NCBI RefSeq assembly: GCF_006345805.1
Contig: NC_042997.1
Span: forward strand, 42,036,001 to 42,100,000
Reading direction: 5' to 3'
Length of the DNA stretch: 64,000 nt
From: Octopus sinensis
Taxonomy: Eukaryota
Position 1 is the first letter of the stretch. Every line of letters starts with the position of its first letter. Positions 13,697 to 26,801 of this stretch are shown one piece after another. The position numbers and the translations under genes were made by a program. Under the pieces are notes generated by a model. That model did no database searches and was not told the origin of the DNA. It saw only the letters and a list, made by a program, of their open reading frames with translations.

Positions 13697-14434
13697 AAGC
13701 TCTGACTGCGTATACATACAGCAATGACGTTCCAGATAAGACGACCGTTTAATCTTTCGTGTTAAGCCGTATTTAACACATTCGACTGCATTCAGACGAA
13801 AAAAGACATTCCGCTACAGAGATAGTTCTGTTCACTGCGGAGAAAATTCAATTCTTCCCTTAATATGCGTGAAAACATATTTTGGGCTGTGAATAGCGTC
13901 CTTGGATTGTAGGACACATGGGTTTCTGCGCCTTTTTTCTGTTTTTACTACGAACATCAATTCTGTCATTAACAACCCGATAAGAACGAGATTATTCTTA
14001 TCAAAACAAATACGGTGCATTTGCTGATGTACGTAAAGGTTTGTTACTATTTCTGCAGCGAAAGATCTTTTCACTCCCGAACATGTTAACTACAACTTTA
14101 CACGAATATATTTTATTCAACGCTGCTTCATTCGACATCATTTTTCAAATATTTGTTTCAAGCAGCGTATAGTGTGTCTAAGACTAACACATAAAGCCTC
14201 CTTCGTCGTCTCGTTTATGTACTTGTTTTATCATTGAATTTTACTTACGGCCTGATCGACTTCAATCTACGCCTTATATGGTAAATGTTTATTAACTTGC
14301 CCATTAAGGCGAAGGAAGACTGAATCGGAAGAACGTTAAGGAAAAAGAAACAATGTTTAGAACAGATTAAATTCTCGAGCAAAATGAGACACACTGTACA
14401 AATGAGGGTCACTGTACAAATCAACAGCATCAAT

Positions 14435-14824
14435 GGAAATGGAAGCACTCCGTCGGTTACGACGACGAGGGTTCCGGTTGATCCGAATCAACGGAACAGC
14501 CTGCTCGTGAAATTAACGTGTAAGTGGCTGAGCACTCCACAGACACGTGTACCCTTAACGTAGTTCTCGGGGATATTCAGCGTGACACAGAGAGTGACAA
14601 GGCCGGCCCCTTGAAATACAGGTACAACAGAAACAGGAAGTAAGAGTGAGAGAAAGTTGTGGTGAAAGAGTACAGTAGGGATCACCACCATCCCCTGCCG
14701 GAACCTCGTGGAGCTTTGGGTGTTTTCGCTCAATAAACATTCACAACGCCCGGTCTGGGAATCGAAACCGCGATCCTATGACCGCGAGTCCGCCGCATTA
14801 ACCACTGGGCCATTGTGCCTCCAC
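14435..14824 (-). mobile_element. Young SINE family A
   Basis: TSD ACAGCATCAAT at 14424-34 and 14825-35. Confidence 0.92.
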
Positions 14825-14976
14825 ACAGCATCAATATTGATAAGTGAAAATATATGTTAACTTCTTTTTTCTATAAGTATGCGATGCTCAGTTTCTTTTG
14901 ATGAGAGAAGGGGTTGAGCTTGATTCCAAACCAGAGGCTAACCTGAAGTTATATTTAGATACTCTGGCTATACTTA

Positions 14977-15178
14977 TTATTTCTTTATAGCCCACAAGGG
15001 GCTAAACATAGTGGGGACAAACAAGGACAGACAAAGGGATTAAGTCGATTACATCGACCCCAGTGCGTAACTGGTACTTAATTTTATCGACCCCGAAAGG
15101 ATGAAAGGCAAAGTCGACCTCTGCGGAATTTGAACTCAGAGCGTAACGGCGTTCTAACGTTTCTGCCAGCTCACCGCC
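14977..15178 (-). mobile_element. SINE family C
   Basis: Matches 42414-42641 in reverse, with an internal deletion. Confidence 0.85.
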
Positions 15179-15889
15179 TTACGTACTATGGCTATACATA
15201 TGACACAAGTAGTAAAGAAATATATACATATGACACAAGAGAAATGTTGCGTTTTATCTTTTGTTTGTATTTAAGGACATGCATTTGAAGAAGAAAAAAT
15301 TGGTGCGCCGCTTACAATTTTCTAAACAAAAATTAGAATAGTGTGTTTAGAATAACTGAAGAAATTCAAGCAACTTATCATTTGAGCAAATGGATAACAA
15401 AATACAAAAAAAAAAAACAAAAAACAAAAAGCCAAAAAACCCCCTACCTTTGAAAGTTGAGGCTTGCCATGGTTATAATTTAATGAGAACTGAAAAGAAT
15501 ATAAAAACAATTTGAAACAAATTAGATAACAGTGATTCACTTTTATAGCGGTACTGAGATTATTATTCCTATAAAACTTTCTAAATTTGAATGAAATTAT
15601 ACCAGAAGGCTATCGTATCAACATGTTATGAGTTAATGCGTCAGATACAAATTAAAGACACAGCAAAAGATGTAGTTTAATGTTTGCGTCGTATAAATAA
15701 AACTCAGCTTTTTATCGTATCGTTCAGTAACTGCTGGGAGATAAGAAACCCACACGGTTATTTTGGTAAGTGGCAATCTATATGGTATCTATATTCAAAC
15801 ACACGCGTGTAGACATATTAGCTTTTCCCCTGTATATTTTTAATACTGCTCTCTAATATTGATTTCACCATTTTTCCGTAAAGCCAACG

Positions 15890-16075
15890 ATTTCAGGGGA
15901 GGGGTAAGTCGATTAAATCGACCCCCAATGTTTAACTGGTACCTATTTTATCGATCCTGAAAGGATGTAAGACGATGTCGACCTCGGTGGAATTTGAACT
16001 CAGAACATGAAGGCGGACGAAAATGCCGCTAAGCATCTTGCTCGACGTGCTAATGATTCTGCCGGTTCGCCGTTT
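15890..16075 (-). mobile_element. SINE family C, head-to-head with the next copy
   Basis: Family C reverse complement. Confidence 0.8.
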
Positions 16076-16106
16076 TGCTGATCTCTGACATTAGATCGAA
16101 GTTTCA

Positions 16107-16317
16107 GGCGACGAGCTGGCAGAACCGTTAGCACGCCGGGTGAAATGTTTAGCGGCATTTCGTCCGACTTCGCGTTCTGAGTTCAAATGCAGCCGAGTCA
16201 ACGTTTGCCTTTCATCCTTTCGAAGTTGATAAAACAAGCAGCTGAGGATTGGGTTCGAAGTAAGCGACTTACCTCACCACCCAAAATTGTTGGCCTTGTG
16301 CCAAAATTTGAAACCAA
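16107..16317 (+). mobile_element. SINE family C
   Basis: GGCGACGAGCTGGCAGAACCGTTAGCACGCCGGG head. Confidence 0.8.
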
Positions 16318-18959
16318 TGTTAGACCAAGGATAAAAATGAAGTGAGAAAATGCCACCGATGAATACGACCTCCATACTTAGTGGTTATCAACTCCACTTG
16401 GATGACAGTAAAGTTGGCTGCAAAACGATTTGATCAGAGAACGCAAGTAACGCAGCAATCGTAACAAAAAATGTGAGGTCTTTTGTCTGGAAGCATTAAG
16501 AATATAAAATGCATTATATATTAACTCCCACATCTTCTTCATGTAACTATCGAAGCAATTTTGGAACTACGTTTTAAGATTCAGTTTGTCTCCAACCATG
16601 GGCCCGCTTTAACACAACGATTGCTTTAGAGCTTTAAAAGGGTGTATTTCAGAAGAGATAAAGTGTGTCTATTTCAGAATGTAGGCAGTGAATTAGCAAA
16701 GTTGTTACAATGCAAGATGGATTGCCTTTGTAGGATGGATAGTATTTGTTTCAGTTCTTTACGTCCTGAGTTCAAATACACAAAGGTCACCTCTGCTTTT
16801 TATTCTTTCAGAGTTGAAGAAATAAAGTGCCATTGAAAAACGTTATTTTGCAAAATTATTAGAGCATTAGACGACATGTTTTAAGGTATTGTTCTTGTGT
16901 GGTGCATTTAATCGTTGTTCGCCTTAACATGGCCTCCTCGTCATTGGGTGCCCTTGGCAAAATTATATCAGTTGCAAACATTTGGGCTAAACTCCAATTT
17001 GAGAATAAAATCCTCTCTTTCTCTCACTAATTTCGGAGCACCTGGAAAAATAAAGGGCCATGGACGTTGCCCTTTCCGTTCTGAATACATGGTAAAAAAA
17101 TAATATAGCATTTTGCAAAGAATATGTGAGTTGATATAGTCTAAGGAGAACTGATTGGATGCAGTGATTAAAGTAGAAGGGGATGACGTAAAGGGTAAGA
17201 CATGATATTGTTAATAAAATAAAATTCACAAATCAAATAAATTACTTGTTTCATTATAAATCCGTTTAAAATCTTAATTGTCCAATAATAATTCATTCAT
17301 TTGTTTCGATGAATATCGCACAGGAGATACATTTCCGGAAAACTGAATCAATCAGCTATCGATCTTCATGAAAGATGAACGATACGTAACAACTTTGATT
17401 ACATTTTCTATATATTTGTGGCTTTAAATATGAATAAGTATTAAGGATTCTAACAAATAAATTCGAAAAACCATAACAACTTTTAAAAATATTTCTAAGA
17501 CTTTCATTCAAACTAATTTACTCTGTATTTACAAGCAATTAATATGACCTGATATTCTGATATTTGCTGCGTTTTTTTTTAGTTGAATTTATAAATAGAA
17601 CGATTACCTGATCTAGGGATTCAAGTTTCCTTTTTAAATCTCACCGAGGTTCTAGTTTTTCGTTTATTTTTAATGATTTGAACCAAACCGGTGTTATTTA
17701 AACACGAGACCCTATCTTATAGAACTTAATGCATCGACCGCTTAGATCATCATGACAACATGACAACTACCATGTTCATCGATCGAGAAATCCTCTCCAA
17801 GGTCACTCATATGTGGCGTTCTGTTTCATAGTTGTTAATATACAACAAATTATTTTGAACCAAAGTCTAAGAAATTTCAATAATGAGATACGTTAATTAA
17901 TATCGAAGAATGAGAATGAGTGGTCAACACTGCATTGGTGGATAATAATTCTTTATTTATGGATTAAGGCTACCATTGGTTTCACGTCAGAGTAGCACCG
18001 GAGTGTATCATCAGTGTCAACCAACTATATAAACTATATTATATGTACTGAAAACTTTTCTCCCATTTGTACATCCATACATATGTGTATATGTGTATAT
18101 ACCCATATACATATAGATACAAACATTGATATAGTCATACGTGTATTTGTGAACAAGAATTGTGTGTGGATGTTTGTATAAGAATGTGTGCATGAATGAA
18201 TAAATATTTAGGTATAATATAAATTAAATTATGAAACCAAAAGGCATATTAATATCGTAACCCCCCCCCCCACATCTGTACGATTCCCCACAGTGTTTCT
18301 GACATGACCCTGTACTAAACACAATGCTTCTTTTCTTTATAACAAATATACCGGAACTTTTTCCCCTCGCTATTTTGTTTATACTAGAATCTCTGTCCTT
18401 AATGACTTGAAACCAAATATCTTCAGAAATGCTTATTTTCCTGTAACAAATTTTTCATAGAAATATGGGTTCATGAATGTGGATGTGTGTATAGAGGCCA
18501 CAGGGTTGGTTATGTCAATGTATTTACATCCATCCGCATGACAATGTGGGAACATATTGAATAAAGATTGCGTGTTCATGCATGGTTATGTCTATGCTTG
18601 AACAGTGTGTTGTAGAACATCTATGTATATATGTATATATGAATATGCGTTACATCATTCACTATACTGTGCCTTTATGTATATCGTTGTTGTATACACA
18701 CACAAACACACACACTCACATATATCAATATCAATGTGCATGTGTGTAAATCATTTACTATAGAGCGACGAGGAATGTATGCACGAATATACACATGAAT
18801 ATATTATTTACAATACGTTTTTTTCAGTTACATTAATTTATTTGTGCCTTTGGGAATGGATAACGTATATGCTTATATTACTTCCGCGTGTTTATGCTAC
18901 TGAGTTTTGGTGAGCTTGCAAGAAAAGAATAGCCAAGCTAGAATTGTAGCAACACTTAA

Positions 18960-19000
18960 AACTAAAATCTATATTTCGCCCGAATGCTCATCAGTTTGTT
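18960..19000 (-). ncRNA. Minimal hammerhead ribozyme candidate
   Basis: Minus strand reads AACAAA-CTGATGA-GCATTCGGGC-GAAA-T-ATAG-A-TT/TTAGTT. Core intact; helix II has 2 bp plus an A.G mismatch closing UUCG; helix I 5/6 pairs. Confidence 0.55.
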
Positions 19001-19400
19001 AAGCTAGCCCAGTTTAACCATGGACTCTTTCCCTCCAGCCACTTCAACTTTGTATTATAAAATTAACTGTGGAAAGCGAAGAAAAAGAAAAGGCTTCCCA
19101 TAGAAAAGTCTGGTTGTTCAATGCAGCTTTGATAAAAATCTGGTATAAGTATCTGCCTCTTGGTACCTATTGTTTGTGTCAGCAAAGTTAAGTAATTTGT
19201 CCTAACTATGAACTTGCCTTATATTCTAACCACTATTCAACCTTAAGAGGAAAAAATGTATGTAGCCTGACTGTTGTTGTGTGAATTCAACACAGAACAA
19301 ATAATACACACTAGCTCGGATTTAAAGGGTGGATGGTATATTATGGTTTGATGATCATATTTTATATTTTCAAATACGTTAAATGAAAGTCATTGCTGCT

Positions 19401-19738
19401 GAGACCCCCTTCGGTCATGACTGACCGTGGGATTGCACCTAGAAAGTTAGCCTCCCAGTTACAAGTCCGGGCAAGGTTGTTTATGGAAGACCAGCAGTCG
19501 CCCATACATACCGGCCTCCCCTTTCCACACCACTGATGTTATCCAAGGGAAAGGCAAAGGGGCCGGTACAGCTTGGCACCAGTGACGTCGCAACTCATTT
19601 CTACAGCTGAGTGAACTGGAGCAACGTGAAATAAAGTGTCTTGCTCAAGAACACAACACGCAGTCCGGTCCGGGATTCGAACTCACAACCTCACGATCGT
19701 AAGCTCGACGCTCTAACCAGTGAGCCATGCGCTTTCAC
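19401..19738 (-). mobile_element. SINE family B (tRNA head, central domain, RTE-like 3' part)
   Basis: Head GTGAAAGCGCATGGCTCACTGGTTAGAGCG, B-box GAGTTCGAATCCC; near-identical architecture at 38696-39025. Confidence 0.9.
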
Positions 19739-20330
19739 ATAAATGAAAGAGATAGCTGCAAACAAATGTCAAAACCAACGTTTTGCTTGCCAGCAGTTCG
19801 TCTTTTGTTCAACTGGCGCATATACTTTTAAAGAGAAAGGTTAGCAATTATACATAATAATTATGAATCTAGTAATTAAAAGAAACTAAAATTATATCAT
19901 AAAAACGTATAGAAACAAGCAAGAACAAAATTCTGATCAACAACTAGTTGTTCTCAGTCCTAATGCTTCAAAACAATTTCAGTCAAAGTATTTGAACTTA
20001 ATTTTACATTGATGTTTATCTGATTCTCTCATGTAAAACTGGACACTCTGCTTCACATCGCATAGGACTTTCAGATTGCCATAAGGAAAATATCAAAGAA
20101 ATATGTCTCCATTTTCATAGATTTAAATCTAATCTGTTTTCTTCGCAAGTTTTACTAAGAATAAAATTATCTCTCTTAATTCTTTACTGAGAACGTAAAA
20201 ATATTTTTTCAGCTGCAGCCATTCAGCATACGTACATAATCTAAAAGATGGTGGGAAATGAACGAAAACTATGAAGACGGTCTCTGTTTTCCTACAACAT
20301 CCAAGACACTTTCAGTTGGACATATTCTAT

Positions 20331-20713
20331 GGAAGCACTCCATCGGTTACGACGACGAGGGTTCCGGTTGATCCGATCAACGGAACAGCCTGCTCGTGAA
20401 ATTAACGTGTAAGTGGCTGAGCACTCCACAGACACGTGTACCCTTAACGTAGTTCTCGGGGATATTCAGCGTGACACAGAGAGTGACAAGGCCGGCCCTT
20501 TGAAATACAGGTACAACAGAAACAGGAAGTAAGAGTGAGAGAAAGTTGTGGTGAAAGAGTACAGCAGGGATCACCACCATCCCCTGCCAGAGCCTCGTGG
20601 AGCTTTAGGTGTTTTCGCTCAATAAACGCTCACAACGCCCGGTCTGGGAATCGAAACCGCGATCCTATGACCGCGAGTCCGCTGCCCTAACCACTGGGCC
20701 ATTGCGCCCCCAC
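20331..20713 (-). mobile_element. Young SINE family A
   Basis: TSD GGACATATTCTAT at 20318-30 and 20714-26. Confidence 0.92.
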
Positions 20714-20738
20714 GGACATATTCTATATGCTTATACAG

Positions 20739-20794
20739 AAATTAAAATAACCTGGGACTAACCTTGACTCAAAATTAAAATAACCTGGGACTAA
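20739..20794. repeat. 23-bp direct repeat with a 10-bp spacer
   Basis: AAATTAAAATAACCTGGGACTAA at 20739-61 and 20772-94. Confidence 0.85.
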
Positions 20795-21104
20795 GCCACC
20801 AAGAAACAGCATTTAGTAATTTCTAAAGAACTGTAAATGAACTAGAGAAAGAAAAAAAGATTAAATCCAACTTGACCACAAGTACTTAACAACAACTGAC
20901 CATACTGTTTTTGTTGGAAAAGATTGCAACACGGATATAAAAAGACACTTTAAATGGAGACTGTTACGATATCGACAGACTGAAACAAAGATAATTCAAT
21001 TCTATGTTTGTGAGAAGGGATTTATTCTCGGTACTATAAACTATTAGCGTCATGTTTATAGCTTTTTGCTCCACACATTCACATTTCTTGTATTTGCAAT
21101 AGGG

Positions 21105-21491
21105 TGGAGGCGCAATGGCCCAGTGGTTAGGGCAGCGGACTCGCGGTCGTAGGATCACGGTTTCAATTCCCAGACCGGGCGTTGTGAGTGTTTATTGAGC
21201 GAAAACACCTAAAGCTCCACAAAGCTCCGGCAGGGGATGGTGGTGATCCCTGCTGTACTCTTTCACCACAACTTTCTCTCACTCTTACTTCCTGTTTCTG
21301 TTGTACCTGTATTTCAAAGGGCCGGCCTTGTCACTCTCTGTGTCACGCTGAATATCCCCGAGAACTACGTTAAGGGTACACGTATCTGTGGAGTGCTCAG
21401 CCACTTACACGTTAATTTCACGAGCAGGCTGTTCCGTTGATTCGGATCAACCGAAACCCTCGTCGTCGTAACCGACGGAGTGCTTCCATCC
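21105..21491 (+). mobile_element. Young SINE family A
   Basis: TSD ATTTGCAATAGGG at 21092-104 and 21492-504. Confidence 0.92.
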
Positions 21492-21901
21492 ATTTGCAAT
21501 AGGGACCCACTATTTCTGAATATATGTGCGTCATATGATTTTGTTTAGAAGATATGGTATGATTATTGGATGTCGACCTTAAGTTAATTACTGTAACATT
21601 TAATTAATTATCATAATCCATTAAATGAAAATTAAAACTTTGCAGAAGCAAACTCTCCACCACCACCACCACCACCCACCTATATTGCGGCTTATACTCT
21701 TGTTATTAAATTCATAGTGTCACGATTAGATTTGTATTTATACAATCTAATTATAATACTCATTAATATATGTACTATGCATAATACATAATTAATCTCA
21801 GACGCAAACAACTGTATAAATACATCTCCCCCACACACTCTCTCTCTCTCATACACACACATATCAGGGAACATGTATTATGTATATAAATGAAAATTAA
21901 T

Positions 21902-21964
<63 letters not shown>

Positions 21965-22084
21965 CGCATGCAAACGCACAGAACTCGAAGTTGATTAAGT
22001 TATAATAGCGTATAAAAACTGGATTAGAAAAATGCATACATAAATACATACATGCATATATACGTACATACATACATGCATACA

Positions 22085-22190
22085 TCCTTACATACATACG
22101 TACATACGTACGTACGTACGTACATACGTACATACGTACGTACGTACGTACATACGTACGTACGTACGTACATACATACATACATACAGG
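22085..22190. repeat. (TACG)n/(TACA)n microsatellite
   Basis: Directly visible; (TACG)n is self-complementary. Confidence 0.9.
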
Positions 22191-22203
22191 ATAATTTTTT
22201 TTT

Positions 22204-22315
22204 AAACCTAGTACTTATTCTATCGGTCACTCTTGCCGAACCGCTAAGTGACAGGGACGTAAACACACCAGCATTGGTTGTCAAGCGATCTTGGGGGTAC
22301 AAACACAGACACACA

Positions 22316-22361
<46 letters not shown>

Positions 22362-22532
22362 CTCACACGGCGGGCTTCTTTCAGTTTCCGTCTACCAAAT
22401 CCACTCACAAGGCTTTGGTCGGCTCGAGGCTATAGTAGAAGACACTTGCCCAAGGTGCCACGCAGTAGGACTGAACTCGGAACCATGTGGTTTGTAAGCA
22501 AGCTACTTACCACACCAGCCACTCCTGCGCCT
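22204..22532 (-). mobile_element. SINE family D with internal (CA)n(TA)n
   Basis: Matches 46680-47000. Confidence 0.85.
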
Positions 22533-23004
22533 ATACATACATACATACATACATACATACAAACAGCAAATCCTCCATAAACTAGAACTTCTTAGATAAA
22601 TATTACCTTGCCAGAATGAATATCCCTAGGACAATCACTCAATATTAATGTATAGTATAATATATATATTGAAAACCAACTATATCAAGAATCCAGGGAC
22701 TTCCAAACAGTTTTAGAACCACTAGAACACAAGATACATGAGGTTCACAATCAACAAGCAACTCAAACGTATGCATCTTCAGTATGGTATGTCATGGATA
22801 TCATTATAGTTTCATCACATGTGCAGCTCCATTCAAACCGGTGGTATTAACAAGGGTTATAATTAAAAGCAAACAAAAAACATAATAAATCCTGCTTGGA
22901 AATTAATAGACAAGAAGCAAGAGCGAAACATTGGTGCGCGTATGCACGCACACACACACGCACGCACATATTTGAATGTATATGCGTATGTGTTTGTGTG
23001 GGGT

Positions 23005-23047
<43 letters not shown>

Positions 23048-23219
23048 ATTGAAAACAACTTTTTCAAATACGCTGCATGAATGATGAAACTATGTTCGAG
23101 TTTTTTATTAAGGATTTTTCATATTTCCTTATTAGTTATTTTCAGTTTTGTTTGGAACATTAACCATTAACGTTTGCCTTTATCTCAGCTCAGTTCTCAG
23201 TTTGAGATTATTTATAAAT

Positions 23220-23960
23220 ACACACACACACACTATATATATATATATATACATACATATACATATATATGCATATATATACATATATATGCATATATAT
23301 ACATACATATATACACATATATATATATGCATATACGTATATACATAGATATAAATACATATACATATATATGTATATATGTATATATATACATATATAC
23401 AAATATATATACATATATACATATACATATATACATATATACATATATATACATATATATGCATATATATACTTATATACATATATATGCATATATATAC
23501 ATTATACATATATATATATACATATATACTTATGTATATACATATATACACATACCTGTATTACATATATATACATATACATATATACATATGTATATAT
23601 ATATATGTATATATGTATATATACATGTGTGTGTATAGATATTATATATACCTCCACACACACATATATATATATATTTACTTATATATATATATATGCA
23701 CAATGCACATACATATGCACATATATACATACATATATACACACACATGTATATATATATACATATATATACACACACACATATATATATATATAAACAT
23801 ATATACATAAATATATAGACATATATACAGACATATATATATGTATATATATATATAGATATACATATATATGTATATATATATATATCTATATATATAT
23901 ATATATCTATATATATATATAATATATATATATACATATAATATATTATATATATATATT
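23220..23960. repeat. Long compound (TA)n/(TACA)n microsatellite
   Basis: Directly visible. Confidence 0.95.
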
Positions 23961-24023
23961 CCAGTATCGATTGACACTGATATTGAAAAATTTGATTTCA
24001 CTTTATATATATATATATATATA

Positions 24024-26237
24024 TATGGACATATTACTTGAAGCATTTGACGAAGTAGAAGGGGATTAGCTTCACATGGGGTAGAAGACAACTGGAGGAT
24101 TCTGAGGGACAACCTGCTGAGACCCACTGACCAGATCTGTGGCTGGTGCAAAGTCCCCTCTCGACCTAGAATAACGTGGTGGTGGAACAATGTTGTAGAC
24201 AGGGCTATTAGAGAAAAGAGACAGGCTTGGAAGGGCTGGAAAAATGGGGGTAGCAGGGAATTGTATCAGACTGCCAAAAGAGAAGCTAGGAGACAGGTTT
24301 ATTTAGCCAGAGGGGAAGCAGATAAGAAAAATTTGCCAATGTTCTGCGCCGTGAGGACCAAAGACTTGTGGTATTTCGCGTTGCAAGACAGTGTGTGAGA
24401 GAGAATCGTGATGTGGTAGGAGAGAAATGTGTTCGCATGGATGATGGTTCACTTGTGCTAAATGGGGATGCAAAGAGAGAGGTTTGGAGACGCCACTATG
24501 AAAGGTTGCTGAATAAAGAGAATGGATGGGATAAAGAGAGTCTGCCGAATGTCGACCCAACAGAGAGACCAGCTATCCGAGTTGACAGTTCCTTGGTAGT
24601 TAAGGTAATTAGAAGCATGAAGACAGAGAAAGCCCCAGGCCCATCAGGAATCACTGCAGAGATGCTCAAAATATCTGGTAGTGTCGGCTATAGCCTAGTC
24701 ACCCGAATAGTTAACCAGGTGATACACGAAGGAGTCTTACCCAATGACTGGTGTAGCTGCATAATAGTCAACTGCTACAAAGGTAAAGGTGACGCCCTAG
24801 ATAGAAATAATTACAGAGGTATCAAGTTGTTGGATCAGGTAATGAAGGTTACGAAGAGGGTCATAGCCCAACTAATTAGAGAGAGAGTTAGTTCAGATGA
24901 GATGCAGTTTGGATTCGTGCCAGGGAAAAGCACCAGTGATGCCATATTCCTGGTAAGACAGCTGCAGGAGAAATATCTAGCCAAAGATAAGCCCCTGTAC
25001 CTGGCTTTCGTTGACATGGAGAAAGCCTTCGACAGGGTTCTCCGATCCCTTATCTGGTGGTCAATGAGGAAACTAGGGATAGATGAATGGTTAGTGAGAG
25101 CTGTGCAAGCCATGTACAGGGACGCTGCTAGTAAGGTGAGGGTTGGCAACGAGTACAGTGAAGAATTCCGGGTAGAGGTAGGGGTCCACCAAGGATCAGT
25201 CCCCAGCCCCCCCCCTATTTATCGTAGTCCTCCAGGCAATAACGAAGGAATTCAAGACAGGATGCCCCTGGGAGCTCCTCTTTGCTGATGACCTTGCTCT
25301 AATTGCTGAGTCACTATCAGAACTGGAGGAGAAGTTTCGGGTGTGGAAGCAAGGATTAGAATCGAAGGGCCTTAGAGTCAACCTAGCTAAAACCAAAGTC
25401 CTAATAAGTAGGAAGGTAGACAAGTCACAGACGCCTTCAGGTAGATGGCCTTGCTCGATTTGTAGGAAAGGCGTAGGTAGAAACTCTATAAGATGCACCA
25501 AGTGTAAGCTATGGACACATAAGAGGTGCAGCAACGTTGAGGGAAGGCTAACTAGGAAGATAGTTTTTGTCTGTGGCAAATGCTCAGGTGCAATAAACAC
25601 TGAAAATGCGCAGAGAGCAACTTCCGTCACATTCCAGGGAGAAAAACTAGAAATAGTTGATAGCTTCCGTTACCTAGGTGACCAAGTCAGTAGCGGGGGC
25701 GGGTGTGTTGAAAGTGTAACTGCTAGAGTAAGAATAGCTTGGGCAAAGTTCAGAGAGCTCTTACCTCTGCTAGGGACAAAAGGCCTCTCGCTCAGAGTAA
25801 AAGGCAGACTGTATGACGCATGTGTGCAAACAGCCATGCTACATGGCAGTGAAACATGGGCCGTGACTGCTGAGGATATGCGTAAGCTCGCAAGAAATGA
25901 AGCCACTATGCTCCGATGGATGTGTAATGTCAGTGTTCATACTCGACAGAGTGTAAGTACCTTGAGAGAAAAGTTGGACCTAAGAAGCATCAGTTGCGGT
26001 GTGCAGGAGAGACGTTTGCGCTGGTATGGCCATGTGGCGAGAATGGATGAAAATAGTTGTGTGAAAAAGTGCCACACCCTAGCTGTTGAAGGAACCTGTG
26101 GAAGAGGTAGACCCAGGAAAACCTGGGACGAGGTGGTGAAGCACGACCTTCGAACTTTAGGTCTCACCAAGGAAATGACTAGTGACCGGGACCTTTGGAA
26201 ATATGCTGTGCGTGAGAAGACCCGGCAGGACAAGTGA
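24024..26237 (+). pseudogene. RTE ORF2 remnant: reverse transcriptase, PHD-like finger and C-terminal domain, with at least three 1-bp frameshifts
   Basis: KAPGPSGI, NYRGIKLL, QFGFVPGKST, FVDMEKAFDRV, GVHQGS, LLFADDL (after correcting +1 in the C9 run at 25207-15), FRYLG, RLRWYGHV, RGRPRKTW. Confidence 0.92.
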
Positions 26238-26753
26238 GACCGTAACCCATGGCCTCAGTCCACTTATGCATACCTCTCCTTCTTGGGACACAAAACTCTA
26301 CTCAAAATCAAAATCAAAATCAAAATTCAAAATCGATCAATATGAATGGAAATTGTAGCTGTGATACCAGTGCCGGTGGCACATAAGAGAACCATCCGAA
26401 CGTGGCCGTTGCCAGCGCCGCCCCGACTGGCCTCCGTGCCGGTGGCACGTAAAAAGCACCATCCAATCGTGGCAGTTTGCCAGCCTCGCCTGGCCTCCGA
26501 GCCGGTGGCATGTAAAAAGCACCATCCGATCGTGGCCGTTGCCAGCCTTATCTAGCACCTGTGCCGGTGGCACGTAAAAAGCACCCACTACACTCATGGA
26601 GTGGTTGGCGTTAGGAAGGGCATCCAACCGTAGAAACATTGCCAGATCAGGCTGGGCCTGGTGCAGCCTTCTGGCTTCACAGACCCCAGTTGAACCGTCC
26701 AACCCATGCCAGCATGGAAAGCGGACGCTAAACGATGATGATGATGATGATGA

Positions 26754-26756
<3 letters not shown>
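24024..26756 (+). mobile_element. 5'-truncated RTE-clade non-LTR retrotransposon inserted in (TA)n
   Basis: RT ORF remnants, a long 3'UTR with sub-repeats and a (GAT)n tail, (TA)n on both sides; no endonuclease domain present. Confidence 0.92.
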
Positions 26757-26801
<45 letters not shown>

